Of a DNA stretch of 50,301 nucleotides, positions 34,788 to 45,800 are shown piece after piece. This DNA comes from Nemertoderma westbladi. Lineage: Eukaryota; Animalia; Xenacoelomorpha. The notes beneath the pieces were generated by a model. It was given only the letters and a program-made list of their open reading frames with translations. It had not been told where the DNA came from and did not search any database. The DNA is taken from contig JAUCBJ010000076.1 of NCBI GenBank assembly GCA_032718475.1, positions 1 to 50,301 of the forward strand, read 5' to 3'. Position numbers and translations under genes: made by a program. Positions within the stretch are counted from its first letter, which is position 1, and each line of letters opens with the position of its first letter.

Positions 34788-36812
34788 TTTCTGTATTTGT
34801 CTGTAAGCAATACACAATACAATAAAACTTTTACTTTTACGATATTAATATATTACTTGTTATTCATATTATATTATAATATACATCATATTATAATATG
34901 CATATAACCGCTACAATATACTTCAATTTAACTTTTACAATAAACTTTCACTTTTACATAAGGAATATAAATAAGATATATAAAACCAACTGCGTATGAT
35001 GGTAACTAACTACCCGACCCGCATTATAAACAATGTTCAATTGTCTAATGTCTTGAATTTAGTTCCTAGAACCGACCTACCGAATCCCTTCGGATAATGA
35101 AATTAACTAAATATTTTTCGGAAATAATCCCGACTTAAACATGAGATACACCAACGCCATCTAGCGGTTTTAACAATTATTGTTAAAACCTATTGTAAAA
35201 TACATTTTCTTCCACGGTGTAGCAGTATGAATGGCTGGTGATAGCAAATAGAAATATCTACTGTAGATACACTTCGTGGTGTGTACTGTTGTTATATTTC
35301 ACAAGATTACAGGCCGAGTTCTGTGTAACATTTTATTATGCATTATTAAACCATATGGGGTATGTATTATATTTATAAAGGAAGGCATCAACCCTCAACT
35401 ACTTTATCTACATCGGAAGTAGAGAAATATCATAGAATATCTTATGAACCTTTTGAATTTGAAAGCCAATACAATAAAACCTGGAAAAAACATTTAAAAG
35501 CTGGAAATAATTAACAAATAGTTTTTCATTAATTTAGAACATTTAGCGGGAAATTTGAATTTTGACATAAATATAACAAAAGTTTAAAAAAACTGGGGAC
35601 GGAAAGGCTCTATTTCGGAATAACATTGAAATCTTACATCGTTATAAAATATAATTTCCGTGACATCTGATCCACCCTCATTAATAAAATAATATTTCAC
35701 AAGCTTTTATAAAATTTGTTCTAGAACATAACATATGTTTAATTCTAATTAATAGCTAACATGTTCTAGAACATGTTCCTGAGAAGAAATAGCAAAAATT
35801 AGATAGTATACAATTTTGAAAGGGTTATACCTATAACACACCTACGTACCGACCGTTCCTACCTATCGTTGTCTATAACACACCTGTACCCAATCTTCCT
35901 TAAAATGTCTCTAACTTATTTGTCTTCCTTTTAATTTTTCTGATTTGTAATTATTTGATTGGATGTTTGTTGATATAGAAACCACTCCAGACAATTACAT
36001 TTGTTTCCCTGAGTTTTGTAAAGTCGTTCGAACTAGTTTGCAAAAGTCGGGGAAACAAAAAAAGATTACAAAACTGGCTGCTCAGAGTTACCATAAGTAA
36101 TAGTAAGCCTAGGTTGATTCTGTTCTAGTCTCTACAGTACTCTCCACTGTAAACACAATGAATTAAAATAAACCAAACTTGGTACGTGTGTAGTCCGTCA
36201 AAAGTTTAATAAGAGTCTGAAGATTGGTCAAAAATGAGACAGACTTTCAGTCGGTACTGGTAGTTTCAGACTTTGAATGAAAACCTAAATTAGTCGGTCA
36301 ATTATTGATGAAATCAAACCAAACTTTGTACGTAATGCAGTCTCATGCTGCGCGAAAGCCCCACGAACGTGTAACAACGCCGAAAGTCCCATGTATTGTC
36401 CTCATCCCTTAAATCTCATCTCATATGCATTATCATAGAGTAAAACATTAGTAAGTTCTTTGTCTAAACGAAATGACTCGTCAATTATTGAAGATTGATA
36501 GTAGGAGGCAACAGGTACTACCCGGCATCAGGTAATACGATAGTACTAAGTGCCTAGGCACCAGGTACTGTTGCCTAGACAACGGGAACTACCCTCAGGC
36601 ACCAGGTACTACCCTAAATGTATGACTTAAACTAAACTTTTGCACTGCATGTAAGGCATCGTCTTGGCGGGAAATTTAAATACAAGCTTTGATATGTTTA
36701 CTTATTCATTCATCAGTCATTACCGGTGAAAAACTTATACGTTCCGTTATTCTATTGTAGTTTTAACTAAAACAAAACAACTGTCAGTATATAATGGTTA
36801 TTGACGACAAAT

Positions 36813-39800
36813 TGGAGCGAAGTGTGACTGGTGGAGCGACGGGTGAGTGGAGTGGTGGAGCGACGGGTGAGTGGAGTGGTGGAGCGAAGGGTGAGTAGAT
36901 TGGTGGACCGATGGGTGAGTGGAGTGGTGGAGCGAAGGGTGAGTGGAGTGGTGGAGGGAAGGGTGAGTGGAGTGGTGGAGCGACGGGTGAGTGGAATGGT
37001 GGAGGGAAGGGTGAGTGGAGTGGTGGAGGGAAGGGTGAGTGGAGTGGTGGAGCGAAGGGTGAGTGGAGTGATGGAGGGAAGGGTGAGTGGAGTGGTGGAG
37101 CGAAGGGTGAGTAGATTGGTGGACCGATGGGTGAGTGGAGTGGTGGACCGATGGGTGAGTGGAGTGGTGGAGCGAAGGGTGAGTGGAGTGGTGGAGGGAA
37201 GGGTGAGTGGAGTGGTGGAGCGAAGGGTGAGTGGAGTGGTGGAGCGAAGGGTGAGTGGAGTGGTGGAGCGAAGGGTGAGTGGAGTGGTGGAGCGAAGGGT
37301 GAGTGGAGTGGTGGAGCGACGGGTGAGTGGAATGGTGGAGGGAAGGGTGAGTGGAGTGGTGGAGGGAAGGGTGAGTGGAGTGGTGGAGCGAAGGGTGAGT
37401 GGAGTGGTGGAGCGAAGGGTGAGTGGAGTGGTGGAGCGAAGGGTGAGTGGAGTGGTGGAGCGACGGGTGAGTGGAATGGTGGAGGGAAGGGTGAGTGGAG
37501 TGGTGGACCAAAGGTTGAGTGGAGTGGTGGAGCGAAGGGTGAGTGGAGTGGTGGAGGGAAGGGTGAGTGGAGTGGTGGAGCGAAGGGTGAGTGGAGTGAT
37601 GGAGCGAAGGGTGAGTGGAGTGGTGGAGCGAAGGGTGAGTGGAGTGGTGGAGCGAAGGGTGAGTGGAGTGGTGGAGCGACGGGTGAGTGGAATGGTGGAG
37701 GGAAGGGTGAGTGGAGTGGTGGACCAAAGGTTGAGTGGAGTGGTGGAGCGAAGGGTGAGTGGAGTGGTGGAGGGAAGGGTGAGTGGAGTGGTGGAGGGAA
37801 GGGAAGTGGGGTGGTGGAGCGAAGGGTGAGTGGAGTGGTGGAGCGAAGGGTGAGTGGAGTGGTGGAGCGAAGGGTGAGTGGAGTGGTGGAGCGAAGGGTG
37901 AGTGGAGTGGTGGAGCGAAGGGTGAGTGGAGTGGTGGAGCGAAGGGTGAGTGGAGTGGTGGAGCGAAGGGTGAGTGGAGTGGTGGAGCGACGGGTGAGTG
38001 GAATGGTGGAGGGAAGGGTGAGTGGAGTGGTGGAGCGACGGGTGAGTGGAATGGTGGAGGGAAGGGTGAGTGGAGTGGTGGACCAAAGGTTGAGTGGAGT
38101 GGTGGAGCGAAGGGTGAGTGGAGTGGTGGAGGGAAGGGTGAGTGGAGTGGTGGATCGAAGGGTGAGTGGAGTGATGGAGCGAAGGGTGAGTGGAGTGGTG
38201 GAGCGAAGGGTGAGTGGAGTGGTGGAGGGAAGGGTGAGTGGAGTGGTGGAGCGAAGGGTTAGTGGAGTGGTGGAGGGAAGGGTGAGTGGAGTGGTGGAGC
38301 GAAGGGTGAGTAGATTGGTGGACCGATGGGTGAGTGGAGTGGTGGAGCGAAGGGTGAGTGGAGTGATGGAGCGAAGGGTGAGTGGAGTGGTGGAGCGAAG
38401 GGTGAGTGGAGTGGTGGAGCGAAGGGTGAGTGGAGTGGTGGAGCGACGGGTGAGTGGAGTGGTGGAGGGAAGGGTGAGTGGAGTGGTGGAGGGAAGGGTG
38501 AGTGGAGTGGTGGAGCGAAGGGTGAGTAGATTGGTGGACCGATGGGTGAGTGGAGTGGTGGAGCGAAGGGTGAGTGGAGTGATGGAGGGAAGGGTGAGTG
38601 GAGTGGTGGAGCGAAGGGTGAGTAGATTGGTGGACCGATGGGTGAGTGGAGTGGTGGAGCGAAGGGTGAGTGGAGTGGTGGACCAAAGGTTGAGTGGAGT
38701 GGTGGAGCGAAGGGTGAGTGGAGTGGTGGAGGGAAGGGTGAGTGGAGTGGTGGAGCGAAGGGTGAGTAGATTGGTGGACCGATGGGTGAGTGGAGTGGTG
38801 GAGCGAAGGGTGAGTGGAGTGATGGAGCGAAGGGTGAGTGGAGTGGTGGAGCGAAGGGTGAGTGGAGTGGTGGAGCGAAGGGTGAGTGGAGTGGTGGAGC
38901 GACGGGTGAGTGGAATGGTGGAGGGAAGGGTGAGTGGAGTGGTGGACCAAAGGTTGAGTGGAGTGGTGGAGCGAAGGGTGAGTGGAGTGGTGGAGGGAAG
39001 GGTGAGTGGAGTGGTGGAGGGAAGGGTGAGTGGAGTGGTGGAGCGAAGGGTTAGTGGAGTGGTGGAGGGAAGGGTGAGTGGAGTGGTGGAGCGATGGGTG
39101 AGTGGAGTGGTGGAGCGAAGGGTGAGTAGATTGGTGGACCGATGGGTGAGTGGAGTGGTGGACCGATGGGTTAGTGGAGTGATGGATCCAACGGTTAGCG
39201 GAGTGATGGAGCCAAGGGTTAGTGGAGTGATGGAGCGAAGGGTGAGTGGAGTGGTGGAGCGAAGGGTGAGTGGAGTGGTGGAGGGAAGGGTAAGTGGAGT
39301 GGTGGAGCGAAGGGTGAGTGTAGTGGTGGACCAAAGGGTGAGTGGAGTGGTGGACCAAAGGGTGAGTGGAGTGGTGGAGGGAAGGGTGAGTGGAATGGTG
39401 GAGCGAAGGGTGAGTGGAGTGGTGGAGCGACGGGTGAGTGGAGTGGTGGAGCGAAGGGTGAGTGGAGTGGTGGAGCGAAGGGTGAGTGTAGTGGTGGACC
39501 AAAGGGTGAGTGGAGTGGTGGACCAAAGGGTGAGTGGAGTGGTGGAGGGAAGGGTGAGTGGAATGGTGGAGCGAAGGGTGAGTGGAGTGGTGGAGCGACG
39601 GGTGAGTGGAATGGTGGAGCGAAGGGTGAGTGGAGTGGTGGAGGGAAGGGTGAGTGGAGTGGTGGAGCGACGGGTGAGTGGAATGGTGGAGCGAAGGGTG
39701 AGTGGAGTGGTGGAGGGAAGGGTGAGTGGAGTGGTGGAGCGAAGGGTGTGTGGAATGGTGGAGCGAAGGGTGAGTGGAGTGGTGGAGCGAAGGGTGAGTG

Positions 39801-42800
39801 GAGTGGTGGAGCGAAGGGTGAGTGGAGTGATGGAGCGAAGGGTGAGTGGAGTGGTGGAGCGAAGGGTGAGTGGAGTGGTGGAGCGAAGGGTGAGTGGAGT
39901 GGTGGAGCGAAGGGTGAGTGGAGTGGTGGAGCGATGGGTGAGTGGAGTGGTGGAGCGAAGGTTGAGTGGAGTGGTGGACCAAAGGGTGAGTGGAGTGGTG
40001 GAGCGATGGGTGAGTGGAGTGGTGGAGCGAAGGGTGAGTGGAGTGGTGGACCAAAGGGTGAGTGGAGTGGTGGAGCGATGGGTGAGTGGAGTGGTGGAGC
40101 GAAGGGTGAGTAGAGTGGTGGAGCGAAGGGTGAGTGGAGTGGTGGAGCGAAGGGTGAGTGGAGTGGTGGAGCGAAGGGAAGTGGGGTGGTGGAGCGAAGG
40201 GTGAGTGGAGTGGTGGAGGGAAGGGTGAGTGGAGTGGTGGAGCGAAGGGTGAGTGGAGTGGTGGAGCGAAGGGTGAGTGGAGTGGTGGAGCGAAGGGTGA
40301 GTGGAGTGGTGGAGCGAAGGGTGAGTGGAGTGGTGGAGCGAAGGGAGAGTGGAGTGGTGGAGCGAAGGGTGAGTGGAGTGGTGGAGCCAAGGGTGAGTGG
40401 AGTGGTGGAGCGAAGGGTGAGTGTAGTGGTGGAGCGAAGGGTGAGTGGAGTGGTGGACCAAAGGGTGAGTGGAGTGGTGGAGGGAAGGGAAGTGGGGTGG
40501 TGGAGCGAAGGGTGAGTGGAGTGGTGGAGGGAAGGGTGAGTGGAGTGGTGGAGCGAAGGGTGAGTGGAGTGGTGGAGCGAAGGGTGAGTGGAGTGGTGGA
40601 GCGAAGGGTGAGTGGAGTGGTGGAGGGAAGGGTGAGTGGAGTGGTGGAGCGAAGGGTGAGTGGAGTGGTGGAGGGAAGGGTGAGTGGAGTGGTGGAGCGA
40701 AGGGTGAGTGGAGTGGTGGAGCGAAGGGTGAGTGGAGTGGTGGAGCGAAGGGTGAGTGGAGTGGTGGAGCGAAGGGTGAGTGGAGTGGTGGAGCGAAGGG
40801 TGAGTGGAGTGGTGGAGGGAAGGGTGAGTGGAGTGGTGGAGCGAAGGGTGAGTGGAGTGGTGGAGCGAAGGGAAGTGGGGTGGTGGAGCGAAGGGTGAGT
40901 GGAGTGGTGGAGGGAAGGGTGAGTGGAGTGGTGGAGCGAAGGGTGAGTGGAGTGGTGGAGCGAAGGGTGAGTGGAGTGGTGGAGGGAAGGGTGAGTGGAG
41001 TGGTGGAGGGAAGGGTGAGTGGAGTGGTGGAGGGAAGGGTGAGTGGAGTGGTGGAGCGATGGGTGAGTGGAGTGGTGGAGCGAAGGGTGAGTGGAGTGGT
41101 GGACCGAAGGGTGAGTGGAGTGGTGAAGCGAAGGGTGAGTGGAGTGGTGGAGCGATGGGTGAGTGGAGTGGTGGAGCGAAGGGTGAGTGGAGTGGTGGAG
41201 CGAAGGGTGAGTGGAGTGGTGGAGGGAAGGGTGAGTGGAGTGGTGGAGCGAAGGGTGAGTGGAGTGGTGGAGCGAAGGGTGAGTGGAGTGGTGGAGCGAA
41301 GGGTGAGTGGAGTGGTGGAGCGAAGGGTGAGTGGAGTGGTGGAGCGAAGGGTGAGTGGAGTGGTGGAGCGAAGGGTGAGTGGAGTGGTGGAGGGAAGGGT
41401 GAGTGGAGTGGTGGAGGGAAGGGTGAGTGGAGTGGTGGAGCGAAGGGTGAGTGGAGTGGTGGAGCGAAGGGTGAGTGGAGTGGTGGAGCGAAGGGTGAGT
41501 GGAGTGGTGGAGGGAAGGGTGAGTGGAGTGGTGGAGCGAAGGGTGAGTGGAGTGGTGGAGCGAAGGGTGAGTGGAGTGGTGGAGCGAAGGGTGAGTGGAG
41601 TGGTGGAGGGAAGGGTGAGTGGAGTGGTGGAGCGAAGGGTGAGTGGAGTGGTGGAGCGAAGGGTGAGTGGAGTGGTGGAGCGAAGGGTGAGTGGAGTGGT
41701 GGAGCGAAGGGTGAGTGGAGTGGTGGAGCGAAGGGTGAGTGGAGTGGTGGAGGGAAGGGTGAGTGGAGTGGTGGAGGGAAGGGTGAGTGGAGTGGTGGAG
41801 GGAAGGGTGAGTGGAGTGGTGGAGCGAAGGGTGAGTGGAGTGGTGGAGCGAAGGGTGAGTGGAGTGGTGGAGCGAAGGGTGAGTGGAGTGGTGGAGCGAA
41901 GGGTGAGTGGAGTGGTGGAGGGAAGGGTGAGTGGAGTGGTGGAGGGAAGGGTGAGTGGAGTGGTGGAGGGAAGGGTGAGTGGAGTGGTGGAGCGAAGGGT
42001 GAGTGGAGTGGTGGAGCGAAGGGTGAGTGGAGTGGTGGAGCGAAGGGTGAGTGGAGTGGTGGAGCGAAGGGTGAGTGGAGTGGTGGAGCGAAGGGTGAGT
42101 GGAGTGGTGGAGCGAAGGGTGAGTGGAGTGGTGGAGGGAAGGGTGAGTGGAGTGGTGGAGCGAAGGGTGAGTGGAGTGGTGGAGCGAAGGGTGAGTGGAG
42201 TGGTGGAGCGAAGGGTGAGTGGAGTGGTGGAGCGAAGGGTGAGTGGAGTGGTGGAGGGAAGGGTGAGTGGAGTGGTGGAGGGAAGGGTGAGTGGAGTGGT
42301 GGAGGGAAGGGTGAGTGGAGTGGTGGAGCGATGGGTGAGTGGAGTGGTGGAGCGAAGGGTGAGTGGAGTGGTGGACCGAAGGGTGAGTGGAGTGGTGGAG
42401 CGAAGGGTGAGTGGAGTGGTGGAGGGAAGGGTGAGTGGAGTGGTGGAGCGAAGGGTGAGTGGAGTGGTGGAGCGAAGGGTGAGTGGAGTGGTGGAGCGAA
42501 GGGTGAGTGGAGTGGTGGAGCGAAGGGTGAGTGGAGTGGTGGAGCGAAGGGTGAGTGGAGTGGTGGAGCGAAGGGTGAGTGGAGTGGTGGAGGGAAGGGT
42601 GAGTGGAGTGGTGGAGCGAAGGGTGAGTGGAGTGGTGGAGCGAAGGGTGAGTGGAGTGGTGGAGCGAAGGGTGAGTGGAGTGGTGGAGGGAAGGGTGAGT
42701 GGAGTGGTGGAGGGAAGGGTGAGTGGAGTGGTGGAGCGAAGGGTGAGTGGAGTGGTGGAGCGAAGGGTGAGTGGAGTGGTGGACCGAAGGGTGAGTGGAG

Positions 42801-45800
42801 TGGTGGAGCGAAGGGTGAGTGGAGTGGTGGAGCGAAGGGTGAGTGGAGTGGTGGAGCGAAGGGTGAGTGGAGTGGTGGAGCGAAGGGTGAGTGGAGTGGT
42901 GGAGCGAAGGGTGAGTGGAGTGGTGGAGCGAAGGGTGAGTGGAGTGGTGGAGCGAAGGGTGAGTGGAGTGGTGGAGCGAAGGGTGAGTGGAGTGGTGGAG
43001 CGAAGGGTGAGTGGAGTGGTGGAGCGAAGGGTGAGTGGAGTGGTGGAGCGAAGGGTGAGTGGAGTGGTGGAGCGAAGGGTGAGTGGAGTGGTGGAGCGAA
43101 GGGTGAGTGGAGTGGTGGAGGGAAGGGTGAGTGGAGTGGTGGAGCGAAGGGTGAGTGGAGTGGTGGAGCGAAGGGTGAGTGGAGTGGTGGAGCGAAGGGT
43201 GAGTGGAGTGGTGGAGCGAAGGGTGAGTGGAGTGGTGGAGGGAAGGGTGAGTGGAGTGGTGGAGGGAAGGGTGAGTGGAGTGGTGGAGCGAAGGGTGAGT
43301 GGAGTGGTGGAGCGAAGGGTGAGTGGAGTGGTGGAGCGAAGGGTGAGTGGAGTGGTGGAGCGAAGGGTGAGTGGAGTGGTGGAGCGAAGGGTGAGTGGAG
43401 TGGTGGAGCGAAGGGTGAGTGGAGTGGTGGAGGGAAGGGTGAGTGGAGTGGTGGAGCGAAGGGTGAGTGGAGTGGTGGAGCGAAGGGTGAGTGGAGTGGT
43501 GGAGGGAAGGGTGAGTGGAGTGGTGGAGGGAAGGGTGAGTGGAGTGGTGGAGCGAAGGGTGAGTGGAGTGGTGGAGCGAAGGGTGAGTGGAGTGGTGGAG
43601 GGAAGGGTGAGTGGAGTGGTGGAGCGAAGGGTGAGTGGAGTGGTGGAGCGAAGGGTGAGTGGAGTGGTGGAGCGAAGGGTGAGTGGAGTGGTGGAGCGAA
43701 GGGTGAGTGGAGTGGTGGAGCGAAGGGTGAGTGGAGTGGTGGAGGGAAGGGTGAGTGGAGTGGTGGAGGGAAGGGTGAGTGGAGTGGTGGAGCGAAGGGT
43801 GAGTGGAGTGGTGGAGCGAAGGGTGAGTGGAGTGGTGGAGCGAAGGGTGAGTGGAGTGGTGGAGCGAAGGGTGAGTGGAGTGGTGGAGCGAAGGGTGAGT
43901 GGAGTGGTGGAGCGAAGGGTGAGTGGAGTGGTGGAGCGAAGGGTGAGTGGAGTGGTGGAGCGAAGGGTGAGTGGAGTGGTGGAGCGAAGGGTGAGTGGAG
44001 TGGTGGAGCGAAGGGTGAGTGGAGTGGTGGAGCGAAGGGTGAGTGGAGTGGTGGAGCGAAGGGTGAGTGGAGTGGTGGAGCGAAGGGTGAGTGGAGTGGT
44101 GGAGCGAAGGGTGAGTGGAGTGGTGGAGCGAAGGGTGAGTGGAGTGGTGGACCGAAGGGTGAGTGGAGTGGTGGAGCGAAGGGTGAGTGGAGTGGTGGAG
44201 CGAAGGGTGAGTGGAGTGGTGGAGCGAAGGGTGAGTGGAGTGGTGGAGCGAAGGGTGAGTGGAGTGGTGGAGCGAAGGGTGAGTGGAGTGGTGGAGCGAA
44301 GGGTGAGTGGAGTGGTGGAGCGAAGGGTGAGTGGAGTGGTGGAGCGAAGGGTGAGTGGAGTGGTGGAGCGAAGGGTGAGTGGAGTGGTGGAGCGAAGGGT
44401 GAGTGGAGTGGTGGAGCGAAGGGTGAGTGGAGTGGTGGAGCGAAGGGTGAGTGGAGTGGTGGAGCGAAGGGTGAGTGGAGTGGTGGAGCGAAGGGTGAGT
44501 GGAGTGGTGGAGCGAAGGGTGAGTGGAGTGGTGGAGCGAAGGGTGAGTGGAGTGGTGGAGCGAAGGGTGAGTGGAGTGGTGGAGCGAAGGGTGAGTGGAG
44601 TGGTGGAGCGAAGGGTGAGTGGAGTGGTGGAGCGAAGGGTGAGTGGAGTGGTGGAGCGAAGGGTGAGTGGAGTGGTGGAGCGAAGGGTGAGTGGAGTGGT
44701 GGAGCGAAGGGTGAGTGGAGTGGTGGAGCGAAGGGTGAGTGGAGTGGTGGAGCGAAGGGTGAGTGGAGTGGTGGAGCGAAGGGTGAGTGGAGTGGTGGAG
44801 CGAAGGGTGAGTGGAGTGGTGGAGGGAAGGGTGAGTGGAGTGGTGGAGCGAAGGGTGAGTGGAGTGGTGGAGCGAAGGGTGAGTGGAGTGGTGGAGCGAA
44901 GGGTGAGTGGAGTGGTGGAGCGAAGGGTGAGTGGAGTGGTGGAGCGAAGGGTGAGTGGAGTGGTGGAGCGAAGGGTGAGTGGAGTGGTGGAGCGAAGGGT
45001 GAGTGGAGTGGTGGAGCGAAGGGTGAGTGGAGTGGTGGAGCGAAGGGTGAGTGGAGTGGTGGAGCGAAGGGTGAGTGGAGTGGTGGAGCGAAGGGTGAGT
45101 GGAGTGGTGGAGCGAAGGGTGAGTGGAGTGGTGGAGCGAAGGGTGAGTGGAGTGGTGGAGCGAAGGGTGAGTGGAGTGGTGGAGCGAAGGGTGAGTGGAG
45201 TGGTGGAGCGAAGGGTGAGTGGAGTGGTGGAGCGAAGGGTGAGTGGAGTGGTGGAGCGAAGGGTGAGTGGAGTGGTGGAGCGAAGGGTGAGTGGAGTGGT
45301 GGAGCGAAGGGTGAGTGGAGTGGTGGAGCGAAGGGTGAGTGGAGTGGTGGAGCGAAGGGTGAGTGGAGTGGTGGAGCGAAGGGTGAGTGGAGTGGTGGAG
45401 CCAAAGGGTGAGTGGAGTGGTGGAGCGAAGGGTGAGTGGAGTGGTGGAGCGAAGGGTGAGTGGAGTGGTGGAGCGAAGGGTGAGTGGAGTGGTGGAGCGA
45501 AGGGTGAGTGGAGTGGTGGAGGGAAGGGTGAGTGGAGTGGTGGAGCGAAGGGTGAGTGGAGTGGTGGAGCGAAGGGTGAGTGGAGTGGTGGAGCGAAGGG
45601 TGAGTGGAGTGGTGGAGCGAAGGGTGAGTGGAGTGGTGGAGCGAAGGGTGAGTGGAGTGGTGGAGCGAAGGGTGAGTGGAGTGGTGGAGCGACGGGTGAG
45701 TGGAGTGGTGGAGCGAAGGGTGAGTGGAGTGGTGGAGCGAAGGGTGAGTGGAGTGGTGGAGCGAAGGGTGAGTGGAGTGGTGGAGGGAAGGGTGAGTGGA

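Noticed and set aside
35223-35359. Possible next plus-strand exon (AG|CAGTATGAA...ATGGG|GTATGT); similar candidates at 5072-5116 and ~33392-33457
   Set aside because: Splice signals are plausible, but several alternative frames and acceptors fit equally, the peptides look unremarkable, and no homology is recognised. Not callable without RNA data.
36505-36615. Degenerate GGCACCAGGTACTACCC repeats and repeated AAACCAAACTT boxes (36170-36640) as a defined element
   Set aside because: Probably parts of a non-autonomous element next to the satellite, but no termini or TSD could be identified.
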